Part shown: piece after piece, positions 63,190-64,000 of the stretch
Layout of the letters: the number at the start of each line of letters is the position of its first letter
How positions within the stretch are numbered: position 1 is the first letter of the stretch
Assembly (NCBI RefSeq): GCF_009914755.1
Contig: NC_060942.1
Length of the DNA stretch: 64,000 nucleotides
Direction: 5' to 3' (one strand)
DNA from: the human T2T-CHM13v2.0 reference genome, Homo sapiens
Position numbers and translations under genes: made by a program
Notes under the pieces: generated by a model
What the model was told of the DNA's origin: nothing
What the model saw: the letters and a program-made list of their open reading frames with translations, nothing else
Databases searched by the model: none

Positions 63190-63530
63190 AACCACTTTTA
63201 TGGTTCAATATAAATGTTCCAAAATTATATATGGTCATTGTAGAAAATTTAGGAGAAAATGCAGAAAATTATAAAGGAAAAAAATTCTGTAATCTACCAC
63301 TCACAGATAATAAGCAAAATGTTAAAAGATGACCCTTCTAGTCTTTTTGCCATACAATTTTAAAACATAAAAGGGATTAGACTCTGCACCATTTAGTAAC
63401 ATTTTATCACTTAGCGCCACATCATGCACGTTTTCCGATGTCTTTAAATGGCCTTTTCAAACATAACTTTTCTTCCCCATCAGGTGACGTATCATAATTT
63501 AATTAGTCCTTCCTTGTTGGACATTGGGAT
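63190..63530 (-). mobile_element. L1ME-type fragment
   Basis: CATTGTAGAAAATTTAG...ACCACTCACAGATAA...CATAATTTAATTAGTCC...TGTTGGACATT. Confidence 0.55.
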
Positions 63531-64000
63531 GATTAAGAGTTTGTTCCCTTGATTAGCTCACCTGGTAGAATATTCCATTAGGAACCTGGAACAGTGGGAC
63601 AGGCATCTATCTTGAGAAATCTATGCTATTTATATACTCTTCGCTCGTTAATAATTGTCTCTATTAGCAACTAACCACAGGTCTGAACTAGCGTCTGATA
63701 TTTATAGCCACCTCACTTTCTTTTGTTCTCCTAATGGAATCAGTTTAAATATGTCACAAACCTTTTATTCTACAAGGGAACATTAGAGCAAGATATTCAT
63801 CTCAGGAACTGTGAGCATAGACCAGTGTTATTTATATATATCTACACACATACGTGATCTTTATATAGACAGACAGGAGCAAAAGGGCACACAGCAAAAA
63901 CAACCACACTAGCAGTAGAAGAGTCCTTTCCTGTCAACAATGAAGCATTTGGAAGGAAATCAGAGGCATACAACCAAATAGGCTTTTTACCCCCTTGGGG

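Noticed and set aside
63550-63610. tRNA-like A-box (TAGCTCACCTGGTAGA)
   Set aside because: No B-box or cloverleaf; at most a decayed SINE head

Overview
Primate, most likely human, non-coding genomic DNA: the window holds an AluY and an SVA, which point to a hominid. It is intronic or intergenic and is dominated by interspersed repeats: Alu, SVA, L1, L2, L3/CR1, MIR, MaLR/ERVL/ERV1 solo LTRs, and hAT and Tigger DNA-transposon fossils. I recognise no protein-coding exon, RNA gene, CpG-island promoter or CRISPR array, and I cannot name the locus. Repeat subfamily names come from my memory of consensus sequences, and the boundaries of old repeats are approximate. I found no convincing new biological system. 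The most notable signals are: (i) three separate 150-190 bp non-tandem local duplications (two direct, one inverted) that look like templated insertions; (ii) a 360-codon ORF with a strong Kozak ATG, assembled from nested repeats and spanning one of those duplications; (iii) multi-layer nested insertions with readable target-site duplications (TSDs); (iv) a very young AluY and a truncated SVA; (v) an LTR41-borne CTCF motif; (vi) an L2-derived minisatellite; (vii) several well-formed splice-site pairs that could be lncRNA exons or pseudoexons.
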